This document shows positions 51,401 through 62,737 of a DNA stretch of 64,000 nucleotides, in pieces. The notes below the pieces were generated by a model. It saw only the letters and a program-made list of their open reading frames with translations. It was not told the origin of the DNA and made no database searches. The first letter of the stretch is position 1. Every line of letters begins with the position of its first letter. Source of the DNA: Amphiscolops sp. MND2022 (taxonomy: Eukaryota); NCBI GenBank assembly GCA_964187785.1, contig OZ076411.1, forward strand, positions 34,720,001 to 34,784,000, in the 5' to 3' direction. The position numbers and the translations under genes are program-made.

Positions 51401-52435
51401 CTTCTCCAATCCTTCAGCAGGACGACAATGCTGCGTGCGCTCATGCCGCAAATGTGAACCACTAGGTGCCATACTAGCAAGTTGAAACGGGGAAACATCA
51501 GACGACCCGCCGGGCAAACCACCCACATCAGTGAAAACGTCTCCCTCCTGAGGTAAAGGAGTCTGTGCTGAAAACAACACGCAGTAAACTACCAAGTTCT
51601 GGAACACAACAATGAAACCAAGAACCGAACTACCTACCTTCATCGTCTCCACAAAGGACGCCAGAGAAACCAAGTCCAGGACTGTCATCAGAGCTCAACA
51701 CATTAGTGCGCACCCGCTTTGTTGAGCCACCCAGAATAGCTGAGAGCAGACGTTTACTGCGACGTGAACCGACATCGCCAGCAGCAGAAGAAAGGGTGAA
51801 ATCCTCATCACTCGGATCATCTGAGAGCCCTACGGAAACAGAGGTAGATGAAATGACGCGTCTGCATACTAGCATCAAAACTGTTAACTGGCCATTAACA
51901 AATAGCTAAGCAACCCACCTGATTGTTCCATTAGGTAATCCAGTCCATTGCGAGCATTACTGCCAGAAGAATGGACAGACCCAGCATCGTCGTCACCACG
52001 AGCAGAACTGTCTTCAGGAGGAACATCACCGGAATTCCGATCAATCTCGTCACCAGAACTGTCGTCTGTATCAACCTCGCCAAAACCGGCAACTCTCCGA
52101 GACACACGAACCTCAGCCTCTGACGGGACATTTGAATCAAAAGGGACCACATCGTTCAGGTCATCTTCCAACTGAACTTCTCTTCCCTCTTCCACAACGA
52201 CCAACCGACCGTCAGGAGGCGACTCCACAACAGCACATATTTCATCGACTGCTTTACTCACAGCACTCTGTTCCGCTGCCCCAGGGACACCAACAATTTG
52301 ACGCGCATCAGTTCCAACACTCGCATCTCCTGTATCGACTCGCGCCCCACCCAGAGACTCACCTTCACTCTCCAAAATTCCAATCTGCTGCGACTGAGCA
52401 AAACGGACAGCATCCTCATCAGTAGAATCTGCCAT
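48403..52435 (-). pseudogene. E2 antisense five-exon accessory gene (~1220 aa): acidic N-terminus + CCHH zinc finger + hAT-transposase-like body; one nonsense codon and one frameshift
   Basis: Predicted exons (minus strand) 52435-51919, 51868-51638, 51567-51373, 51264-51139 and 50995-48403. All four introns are GT-AG and phase 1, and they join the exons in frame. TAG at 50384-50382; 1-nt loss in a T-run near 49355; minus-strand AATAAA at 48197-48192. Confidence 0.8.
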
Positions 52436-52719
52436 TTTGTCTGTTCAAAGCAATCTAAAAAATTAAAACACCAAGATAAACCAATAGAAGACGTGGCGTA
52501 AAACCAACGCTAATATTATTATCATAATCTACTAATATGACGTAGTGGAAGTCATTCAGTCTGCCAGCTGAAAACTTCCTCAATCACGCAAGCGGCGTGA
52601 ACAATTACAAAGAACAGAATTATCATTCAATTTTTCAGCTATTCCCAAGACGGTCGCTCAGCATTCATCGGCAATCTACAACCGTATTACTTTTACCGAT
52701 TACTTTCATCAGTAATACA

Positions 52720-53358
52720 ATGGCATCTCTTGATCTCAACTTATCAAGCGATAGTTTCATTCTGGAACGCGACCAAGCTGCTTATTTGAACAACCCTGCG
52801 GCGCAATCAACACCTAAGACACGACCTAACCCCCATTCGGCAGAACAATCACCTATTATTCAGGATGTGTACGAAATTATAAATACAGGGGGAAAACACA
52901 TCGTGCTTTACCACGAAACAGCCCCAGCTTCAAAACTAGCAACGGCACAAGAGGATACACTCCCGATCAGAAGGTTTACCAAAGTCAACCCGATTATACC
53001 AGATGACATATTTATGAGCCCACCGAGAAATTATGACAACATGAATAGCTGGCTATACAGTCCCAACGACGGCACAATGAGCCCAATATCTGAAACCAGC
53101 TCAATTGGCTATTTCTCGGGAAGTGACTGGACAACTGACTCGTCCTGATTCTCCTATGATTCATTTATACAATCTGTGTTCCAACAACCAATCTCGTCGC
53201 CGTTTAGACCAGTTTCCCCACTCCCTCCTATACCGGACGCCCCTCAAGAAAGCCGGGGACTGTCGCGACCCCAGGGGTGCCACGGAAATCATATAACGAG
53301 AGGGACGCCTGAAGAAGGAAGTGAGGAAACCGACCAGGTCAGGTCAGAATCACCATGA
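52720..53358 (+). pseudogene. E2 sense accessory ORF3 (S/P/T-rich, ~212 codons), crossing the PPT into the 3' LTR; one in-frame TGA
   Basis: ORF 52720-53148 and ORF 53176-53358 share one frame, separated only by TGA 53146-53148; the last ~32 codons lie inside the LTR. Confidence 0.55.
53246..53260 (+). promoter_or_regulatory. E2 polypurine tract (imperfect)
   Basis: AAGAAAGCCGGGGAC directly before the 3' LTR TGT. Confidence 0.7.
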
Positions 53359-55148
53359 ACAAATCTAAAATAGAAGACCAATAAACAAACCATTTGATAC
53401 TATATAAATAACACGCAAAAGTACATTTTCTTCTTCTGTGCCGTACCTAAAATAATAGATATGTAAATAGGTATATATTAATAGTGAATGCAGTATTTGT
53501 TTAGCCAACGCACCGACAGAAATTAATTCGGTCAACGCGTCGACTGGAGACTCGCCTCAGCGGCAGCAGTAAATTTCATTAATCAACCTGTACCAGCCAA
53601 TCAGATTTGAGCGCAGTTAATACAAATTGAAGAACTGAGGCAACGTCCCAGGCAGCTTACCAGTCCGCTGAAGCTGGGACGCTCGCTCAGTCACTCTATC
53701 TGATCAATCAATTACAAATAATCGATGCTAATTTTAGATAAATGTTTCGCAGCTTAAAAGAAGCTAAATACCAAAAGAACTTCCAATGAGTAATAATCGA
53801 CGATGCTTGTAGTATTTTTAACGTGTTCGATCCGCCTTGTATTTGAGTCAACTTCCCAGGCAAAGCGCTAACTTTCTTTAATAAAACAAGAGCCTGGACA
53901 GATGACCGAACGTATTTAATTAATACATATCTTATAGCTAACCGAATAACAATGTTGCCCCTGTTAGACGTGATACTTGATAATGACATAGTAAAACAAC
54001 CCCCAGTGCTATTATTCAACCCCCACATGCAGTGTTTTGTTAATGTATAGTTGAGTCAACCGCCCGGTCAACCGGCCAGGCCACTCTGAATGAAATTCGT
54101 TACCTGGCGTTCACCCAGGATTTTATCGTTAGCTTCAATTTAAAGTGCTAATTAACGGCCATAATCATCTGATTTAGAAGAAATCAGTGCTGTTAATTTA
54201 TTTATTTGATGTTTCCCTTAAATTACTAGCAGTAAAATTTGGGATTGTTCGATGATAATTTCACTTTCCTTTCCCGCTTCAGTAGCTAGGTTCATGAATT
54301 TTCAGTGCCAACTTCGGTTCGGCGTCCTGAATTGGCGGGGAATGAAGAAGAAGTAACGCGGAATTGGGACTCGGCAGGAAGTGATTCCCACTTTTCCTTT
54401 GAAGTTAGTTGAAACTGAAAGCCGAGTCCCGAGGAAGCGGACCTAATTTGGACTTCCTTGCCTCGGATGGACGCCGAGCTGAACAAGGTGTGAATTCACG
54501 CGCGGGATTTATCCCGCGTGTCTAACGAAAAGTATTTATACCTGAAGCGGGTTAAGGAAAGACTCAGAATATTTTTTGATTTTTGCAGAACGCTAACCTT
54601 CAAGGTTGAATATTTTTCGTAACTTTCGCTTATTTTGATAATTGTTGCCTTCGAAATTGTTTGTTATTCTCCATCCCAGTTCCATAGTCAAGATTTGGAT
54701 ATTGTTTTATTGACTAACTGATATCGTTTGGGAATAGTTTGAGGCTTATAACTGCCAATAATACTTAATTCAGCGGTTTCCTAACCCTTACATTTTCTCG
54801 GAGAAATGCCTGAAAAAACACAGAAAAGAAAGCTACGGAGTGACCAGAGCACTAGTCAGATAGATGAAGAAATAGCTAGTTCAACTAACGACGAAAACGT
54901 CTTGTTATCGGATAGAGATTTTGAAGATATCTCTAGTAAAGTTGAAAATAGGCTTTCTAAGCGACTTAGGGATACCGAAGTGAATCAACGTGAAATATTA
55001 AAGCTGATCGAAAATTTGTCATCCAAAGTCGACAACTTAACCAATGTAAATCCGGGACAGAGTTCCTTAACTTTCGAGACTGGAATTAGTGAAATCCCTA
55101 ACGACGAATTAGAAGGAGTAGAACCAGCAAGGAGCGTTAACTCCAACA
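53261..55148 (+). repeat. E2 3' LTR (1888 bp)
   Basis: TGTCGCGACC...CTCCAACA followed by TSD GTAAC. Confidence 0.97.
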
Positions 55149-55290
55149 GTAACAATCCGTTCGTCTTTCTCTTTTAGCAATTTTGCGAGATTTTGTAAAA
55201 TAATCTTCAATTTTGGGTCATCTAGTTGATCGATTTGTTGTAAAAGTTCTTCAGCCATGTTTAAAATCAAAGTTAGCTTGCTCGAGTTTG
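55149..55290 (-). mobile_element. 5' end of the interrupted CR1/L2-type LINE (ORF1 start)
   Basis: ATG 55258: MAEELLQQIDQLDDPKLKIILQNLAKLLKEKDERIVT joins in frame across the TSD to LENKVTDLEIRMSEQERY at 39671 and below. Confidence 0.85.
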
Positions 55291-55509
55291 CGTTGTTGAC
55301 AAACTTCAGACACGACCGTTCAATATCTCAACAGCTTTTTGTTTTGAACAGCTTTTTGTTTTGCTCTCTGACTACGTAGTTACTGCGTTCTCTTCTAACT
55401 GATTTCTGCGATAGTTTCCTAAAACGATATTCATGTCTTCTAAATCTGGCATCACGTCTTAGTGAAGAGACCTCTTTCCTGTAGCTTTTTGCTTCGTCGT
55501 GGAAGGCAT
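55291..55509 (-). mobile_element. Old LTR remnant of the E1/E2 lineage with a decayed gag start
   Basis: MPSTTKQKATGKRSLH*DVMPDLEDMNIVLGNY resembles E1 MPSTMRQKAKARKSRELDMLSDYGKMDVMLGG. The LTR probably extends further right. Confidence 0.6.
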
Positions 55510-56029
55510 ATATATTAGGAGGCGGAAGGCATAAATATTATCGATGTAATACTTAAATTGAAGTATATCTATTAAACAAACAGAAAACAAGTATAGAAGC
55601 AGTGTAATGGCGTCAGCAAAAAAACACTTGTGTGATTATGAGAAACGACTATGTTTTCATCATTAGTTCCATTGGACGTCTTTACAGACGTTCGGGGCCC
55701 TAATTCATATTTGGAGGAAGTGGCGTACTAAATATGGCGTGCCATGTTTCTAAAAAACACTACGGTTACTTCACCGTTGCCTTGTGACGTAAAAGATTCA
55801 TGTATCAGCTGGGGGTTTTGATACAGGCAAGTAAACTTAATTTACAAGTTTCGATTAGCATGAACTTTTAGCAGTCCAATAGGGAAGCATTCATTCAGAT
55901 TAGTAACATAGTAAAGACACAAATAAATGAAGCGAAATGACTAGCTTGGATCCGTCAATGAGTTGGTGGACAACTCGTCAACTAGACTTAAGCACTGAGT
56001 CAATGAATACGTTTCTGAATATCTAGTGC

Positions 56030-57264
56030 TGTCATAATCTTCAGCACTACTATGAGGCTCAAATGAGTTCTCCTTATTGTGACGATTCTGATTATTAGCA
56101 TCTCTATTCACTTTGGGTAGGTTTCCCCAAATTCTTCTTGTATAATTTTCTTCGGGGCTCCTATGTCACTCACTAGACGATAAGTCCTTGTTGGTTCTTG
56201 CACCGCTTCTAACTTTACCAAACGTTTCTCTGATAGTTGATAGTACCTGTTCTGAGAGAACCTGTTCATTTGTCTCTCTAATGTGCGAGTTTAAACGCAC
56301 TTTAATCTCATTCATTCTGCTGGAAACTTGACTGGTACTTTCACTATTTATCCTCCTAATCGTTTCTAAATTTCACTGCTTCCTGCACTGTTTGTATTAC
56401 GTAAAGATTTAAAGTCATCTCCGCTTGGGTTAGAGTGGATTAGAGGATTAGACTGTCGCTTATTAGACCTTCTGTCGGTGTGTTCCTCATTTTCATTCAG
56501 TTGGCTCTCAGCCTCATTTCTAGAGTAACTTCCAATAAAAGCACCTAAGTTCTCCATGTCAGACATCACGTCTGAATGTCTAGATTGCTTTTCTGGCGTT
56601 TGCTTCCGAGTGGAAGGCATTCAAAGTTTTGTTTGATGAACAATGTATTGTGGTACTAATAGTTCAAACGAGACAAAATTAAACAAATGTCAGTATGATA
56701 TCAAAACAAGATTAAAACAATTCGGTTTGTTGTGCGAAATACAGTTTGGATGTATTGGAAAGAATGACCCCACTGAAGGTGGGTCGGCTTTATATAGTAT
56801 CATTAACATGACTTTCACAAATTTGCGGGTCATGGTACTATAAATAGTAGCACCCTAGAGTGACGTTATTATTCTATTTATAGCAACAGGTGACTTGGAG
56901 AAAAGTGACGTCATGCTACGTAACTAGATCAATGGTAATGTTGGGGGGTTGGATTTACATGTGGTTCATGTCTTTCAAAGTTCGACTTTTAGTCCAATCA
57001 ATACAGCGACTTTCATTTGTGAGGTCATTAGTAAATCAAAAACGTAATGGACGTAGAGTCCGATTAGCTATAGCACATGTAAGTGTATTCAATTCTGATT
57101 TGTTAATGCAATTTTGGACAACGCGTCTACCTGGCCTTAGCGCGGTAACATTTGAACGCGTTTCCTATTCAACTGCATATTATTACAAATTCATTATACT
57201 AGTCAATCATCAAATTTACAAGCTATTCGGATTGTATCATTACATATTCGCACATTTAAGCACA
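56030..57264 (-). mobile_element. Solo LTR (1235 bp) of a third family of the same lineage, containing a gag N-terminal ORF
   Basis: TG...CA termini; near-TSD AGTGC (56025-56029) / AGTGA (57265-57269); ORF MPSTRKQTPEKQSRHSDVMSDMENL... from 56620; ends ...GATTATGACA, analogous to the E1/E2 LTR ends. Confidence 0.6.
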
Positions 57265-59092
57265 AGTGAATAAGCGCAGAAAACATTTAACAGTTAAAAA
57301 ATAATATCCGATATTATGTACTAAATTATAGTTCAAGTAACTTGCTGTGGCCGGGTAGACGTTCGGTCCATATCTTTATATTGGCAGCACTCCCGGCGGT
57401 GGATTCGTGCATTCGCCGTCAGCTGTAGTAGTTACCATCGCAGACGGCAGCCTGCGACAAATGCATTTGCATTTAAACCGCTATTGCTAATTAACTTTTC
57501 AAAGATTACAAATTGCGCCAAAGACAGTTTAATGTTATTAAATTTACAAATGTACAAATGGAAAAAACATTTATGACAGTGGTGCAGCTGAGCTGATTTT
57601 GAGTCAAGTTTTATAAGGGCAGGACTCCCCTGCGGGTGGTATGGGGGCACCGTCATCTTAAGATCGTGATAATTTCTATCGCCTGTGACACTTCCCTTGT
57701 GATGAGATTTCTCCCGTGCTCCATTCCCGTCTGGAACGCTTCTCGGCTTCTAGCATGCTGGAATAGTCTGATATGCTAAGTCCAGTGTAGTCAGAGCTCC
57801 CGTAGGTCAGCCCTTGCTCATGTAGGGGAGGAGACCGAGGCTATTCTAGTTGGGGGTTTGTCGTGGCGCCATTACGATTGGTACAGTTGTTCATTTTTTC
57901 TCTGGACCCAGGACCAGCCCCCATCATCGTCCAGTTGTAGTAGCTTTCGAATTGCGGTTGGGGCAAGTTGCTACAGTTGTCGTTTTGAAAGCAATGTTAG
58001 GGATCATAGGCCTTTCCGGTGATAGTGTTTAGGGGGAGACAGGATCTTCTCCATAGCAGGCTATAACCTGTGTGTCGCTACCTGAATGCCCTCATCGAGA
58101 GATGCAAACAGATGAAGCAGAATTTACCTCCAAACTTCCTCGCAAGAAAGATAGCTAGCACTCATCAACGGTTGGATCAGATCCTCCAGGTTTAATTGTG
58201 AACAGTCAATTTGGTGTCGCTGAGAAAAGATTTTCTTAGCAATATTGGGTGAGTTTTCGAAGGCCTTATTTGTAGATTCAGAGTTGAAATAATAAAGTTT
58301 TCGAAAAGACCGAAAAAAACGGTTGCATTTTTTGAAGGTTCATTGGAGATTTAATTCAAAAAAGTTAAAAATTTTCAGAGCTTTGAAATCAAATTTTACA
58401 ATTTCGAAAGGTGAAACTTTTGAATATCCCCTGTTCTTGGTTCGCTTAGTGAGCATCGGTCCTTAAGAGCGTTTTTTTAAAACGTGGTTATAAAGTTTTT
58501 CTTGCTTAAAGGTGATAGTGTTTTCAAAGTATTGTCTTCCAGCTGCAAATTACTCACCATTGTACGCTCACACAGTTCTATCTTTTTCACAAAATTATTA
58601 TTAGAGATGTAACCGGATTGAATTTTACCGGATTTCCGGATCCGGATTTTTACCTGATTTTAAAGTGCCGGATTCAGGATTCCGGATTCCGGAACCGGAT
58701 TCCCGATTTTTGGGAGTAGGAAAAATTTTCGACTGCTTATGCAATCGTGTCGTTTTTTGTTTTTTTCTCCCGACCTTTCATGAAAATTTCAAATTTCTCA
58801 AAAACTGTCCCTTCGAACAAAATTTTCTACAGTCATTTTCTACACCATAATATGGTCGTATGTGTGAAATTCCAATAAATTCGTATGACTGGGATTGCAG
58901 CGAGTCATAGATAGAAAAAGACCTAAGCCGACTACTTAATCGCATATACGGCTCTGGTTTAAACTATTTTCTCTGTCAAGTAAAGACTGCAATAATTAAG
59001 GCGCCTATTTCAATACATGTACATGTAATATATGAGTAGTCCTTAGCTAACAAAACCATTTAATATAAATTCCTACGCTTGATATTAATAAA

Positions 59093-60955
59093 ACGCTTGA
59101 TATAGGGGAAGTGCCTGATGACTGGGCTACTTCGATATACCAACCGATTTTCAAGAAAGGGGAAAAAACGAATCCTAACAATTACAGGGGTATATCTCTT
59201 GCTAGCTGTCTCTGGAAACTCTTCACCTCAGTACTTACTGAAAGAATACGCGTAGATATGGAAAAACGGGATGTGTTAGGAATTGAACAAGCTGGCTTTA
59301 GGAACAAAATGGGGTGTGCTGATCATGTTTTTGTCTTATCGTCACTCATGAGTTTGTACCTTGCGCGAAAGAAAAAACTGTTTGTGACATTCATCAACTA
59401 TGAAAAAGCTTCTGATAAAGTGGATCATGGACTTCTCTGGCAAAAACTTGGACAAGCACAGGTAACAGGAAAAGTTTTGAGAATCATCCAAAATCTTTAT
59501 CAGAAAACTAAAGCGTGTGTTAGGGTAAATGGTGAAATTTCTGATATTTTCGATTGTAATATAGGGGTCCGTCAAGGGGACAACTTATCTCCGCTTCTAT
59601 TCATAATCTTTTTGAACGACTTCAACACTTTCATGCAGAGCGGGTTCGAGGGTATACGCCTGACACCGGACCAAAATAGTAATTTGAGAACCCTTCTGAA
59701 GTTGTACTCTCTTTTATATGCAGATGATACGATACTGCTAAGTCAAACGGAAAAAGACATGCAACGAGCTCTTGATGCAACCACAAAATACTGCAATGAG
59801 AACAAAATGACGATAAATGCGTCTAAAACAAAGTATATGGTATGCTCACGGGGAAAAATTAGGAAAAAAATAAATCTTTTTGTGAATAACACTGCAATAG
59901 AAAGTGTCGATACATTTTGCTACCTAGGAGTTGTGTTCAAGTATAAGAACACCTTTCAAGCTGCAATCAAAAACAACGTTGACAAAGCTGAAAAAGCTCT
60001 TTTCAAATTAGAAGAGCTCTTTAGTAAAATCGATTTTGGAATTGACACTAAGTTACATCTCTTTGATGCGGTGATAGAGCCTATATTACTTTATGGTTGT
60101 GAAGTATGGGGTTATGAGAGTATGGAACAGATTGAAATTTTTCATCGCTATTTTCTGAGACACCTTCTTCGAGTACGAAAAAATGCACCGAAAGCTATGT
60201 TATGTGGGGAGTTGGGGAAAAAGAATTGAAGTATACAGTTTGGAAAAGAATGGCATCTTTCTGGAAAAAACTTATCAACGAAGGAAACAACCTCGCCGGT
60301 TTGATATATCAGATGATAAATATTAACGATCATGAACATAAATGGATGTTGGGTGTTAAACATATTATAGTGAATTGTGGAATACCTATGGTAAATACTT
60401 ACATTAATTTTGTAAGTTCTTTCTTTTTCGAGTTCAAGAAATATATTGAGCGGAAGTGTGAAGATCTTGCAACTCAGTCTTGGTACTCAATGCTGAACAC
60501 TAATTCACTATGTGATTGCTATAGGGAATTTAAACATGGACTCTTTCAGGAGCCTTATTTACGCAAACTGAAGGCAAAGTATAGGATACAACTTAGTCGC
60601 TTCCGCTGCGCTCCATACATGTCATCAGGAGTAAAAGGGAGAATAACGGGCAACCACAGTCAACATTGTTCGTTCTGCCATAAAGAATGCAAAGCAGATG
60701 ATTATCACTGGGTTATGGTCTGCGAGAACTTTAGAGACATAAGGGAGGAACTTATCCCGAAATTTTTTCAATCGTTTCCAAATATAACGAAATTTGACCA
60801 GCTGATGAATTCCATGAACATTGAACTTCTTGAAAATCTTTCTGTTCTGTGCGGTGCTATATGTAATGCTGGAACGTCTGGTACCAGCTAATCAACCTGT
60901 CTTGTAATTTATACGCCCTTTGGGCAACAAATTAATAATTAAAATTTCATTTCAT
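59093..60955 (+). mobile_element. 5'-truncated non-LTR retrotransposon (RT + C-terminal Cys/His region), degenerate
   Basis: NYRGISL, EQAGFR, FINYEKASD (degenerate), GVRQGDNLSPLLF, LLYADDT; frameshift near 60225; CSFC...DDYHWVMVC; 3' tail TTTCATTTCATT. Clade not determined (RTE-X-like by inference). Confidence 0.85.
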
Positions 60956-62737
60956 TAAAAAATTCAATTCTACGATTATGTAGCAAATTGCCTTCGTTCA
61001 GATTGCCAACTTCTATCCATTGTTGATGACGTAGGATTTCGTAGATTATTGAACTATCTAACTATGGAGTTCATCAACTATGAAAAAGCTTCTGATAAAG
61101 TGGATCATGGACTTCTCTGGCAAAAACTTGGACAAGCACAGGTAACAGGAAAAGTTTTGAGAATCATCCAAAATCTTTATCAGAAAACTAAAGCGTGTGT
61201 TAGGGTAAATGGTGAAATTTCTGATATTTTCGATTGTAATATAGGGGTCCGTCAAGGGGACAACTTATCTCCGCTTCTATTCATAATCTTTTTGAACGAC
61301 TTCAACACTTTCATGCAGAGCGGGTTCGAGGGTATACGCCTGACACCGGACCAAAATAGTAATTTGAGAACCCTTCTGAAGTTGTACTCTCTTTTATATG
61401 CAGATGATACGATACTGCTAAGTCAAACGGAAAAAGACATGCAACGAGCTCTTGATGCAACCACAAAATACTGCAATGAGAACAAAATGACGATAAATGC
61501 GTCTAAAACAAAGTATATGGTATGCTCACGGGGAAAAATTAGGAAAAAAATAAATCTTTTTGTGAATAACACTGCAATAGAAAGTGTCGATACATTTTGC
61601 TACCTAGGAGTTGTGTTCAAGTATAAGAACACCTTTCAAGCTGCAATCAAAAACAACGTTGACAAAGCTGAAAAAGCTCTTTTCAAATTAGAAGAGCTCT
61701 TTAGTAAAATCGATTTTGGAATTGACACTAAGTTACATCTCTTTGATGCGGTGATAGAGCCTATATTACTTTATGGTTGTGAAGTATGGGGTTATGAGAG
61801 TATGGAACAGATTGAAATTTTTCATCGCTATTTTCTGAGACACCTTCTTCGAGTACGAAAAAATGCACCGAAAGCTATGTTATGTGGGGAGTTGGGGAAA
61901 AAGAATTGAAGTATACAGTTTGGAAAAGAATGGCATCTTTCTGGAAAAAACTTATCAACGAAGGAAACAACCTCGCCGGTTTGATATATCAGATGATAAA
62001 TATTAACGATCATGAACATAAATGGATGTTGGGTGTTAAACATATTATAGTGAATTGTGGAATACCTATGGTAAATACTTACATTAATTTTGTAAGTTCT
62101 TTCTTTTTCGAGTTCAAGAAATATATTGAGCGGAAGTGTGAAGATCTTGCAACTCAGTCTTGGTACTCAATGCTGAACACTAATTCACTATGTGATTGCT
62201 ATAGGGAATTTAAACATGGACTCTTTCAGGAGCCTTATTTACGCAAACTGAAGGCAAAGTATAGGATACAACTTAGTCGCTTCCGCTGCGCTCCATACAT
62301 GTCATCAGGAGTAAAAGGGAGAATAACGGGCAACCACAGTCAACATTGTTCGTTCTGCCATAAAGAATGCAAAGCAGATGATTATCACTGGGTTATGGTC
62401 TGCGAGAACTTTAGAGACATAAGGGAGGAACTTATCCCGAAATTTTTTCAATCGTTTCCAAATATAACGAAATTTGACCAGCTGATGAATTCCATGAACA
62501 TTGAACTTCTTGAAAATCTTTCTGTTCTGTGCGGTGCTATATGTAATGCTGGAACGTCTGGTACCAGCTAATCAACCTGTCTTGTAATTTATACGCCCTT
62601 TGGGCAACAAATTAATAATTAAAATTTCATTTCATTAAAAAATTCAATTCTACGATTATGTAGCAAATTGCCTTCGTTCAGATTGCCAACTTCTATCCAT
62701 TGTTGATGACGTAGGATTTCGTAGATTATTGAACTAT
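59390..62737 (+). repeat. Tandem duplication of 1668 bp (59390-61057 and 61070-62737) with a 12-bp junction filler
   Basis: Period 1680 bp; no differences seen by eye; filler CTAACTATGGAG at 61058-61069. Confidence 0.95.

Larger units (their letters stand above)
39677..55148 (+). mobile_element. E2: structurally complete 15,472-bp Ty3/Gypsy LTR retrotransposon with accessory genes
   Basis: TGT...ACA LTRs at 39677-41563 and 53261-55148; 5-bp TSD GTAAC (39672-39676 and 55149-55153); PBS and PPT present; removing the element restores the LINE ORF1 reading frame. Confidence 0.97.

Noticed and set aside
48403-52435. Antisense gene as an env-like ORF or as an independent nested DNA transposon
   Set aside because: No signal peptide or transmembrane segment and the wrong strand for env; no TIRs or TSD around it, and it is positionally conserved in E1.
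57600-58130. Hammerhead or HDV ribozyme
   Set aside because: No CUGANGA...GAAA core or complete nested double-pseudoknot could be fitted by eye; kept only as a low-interest lead.
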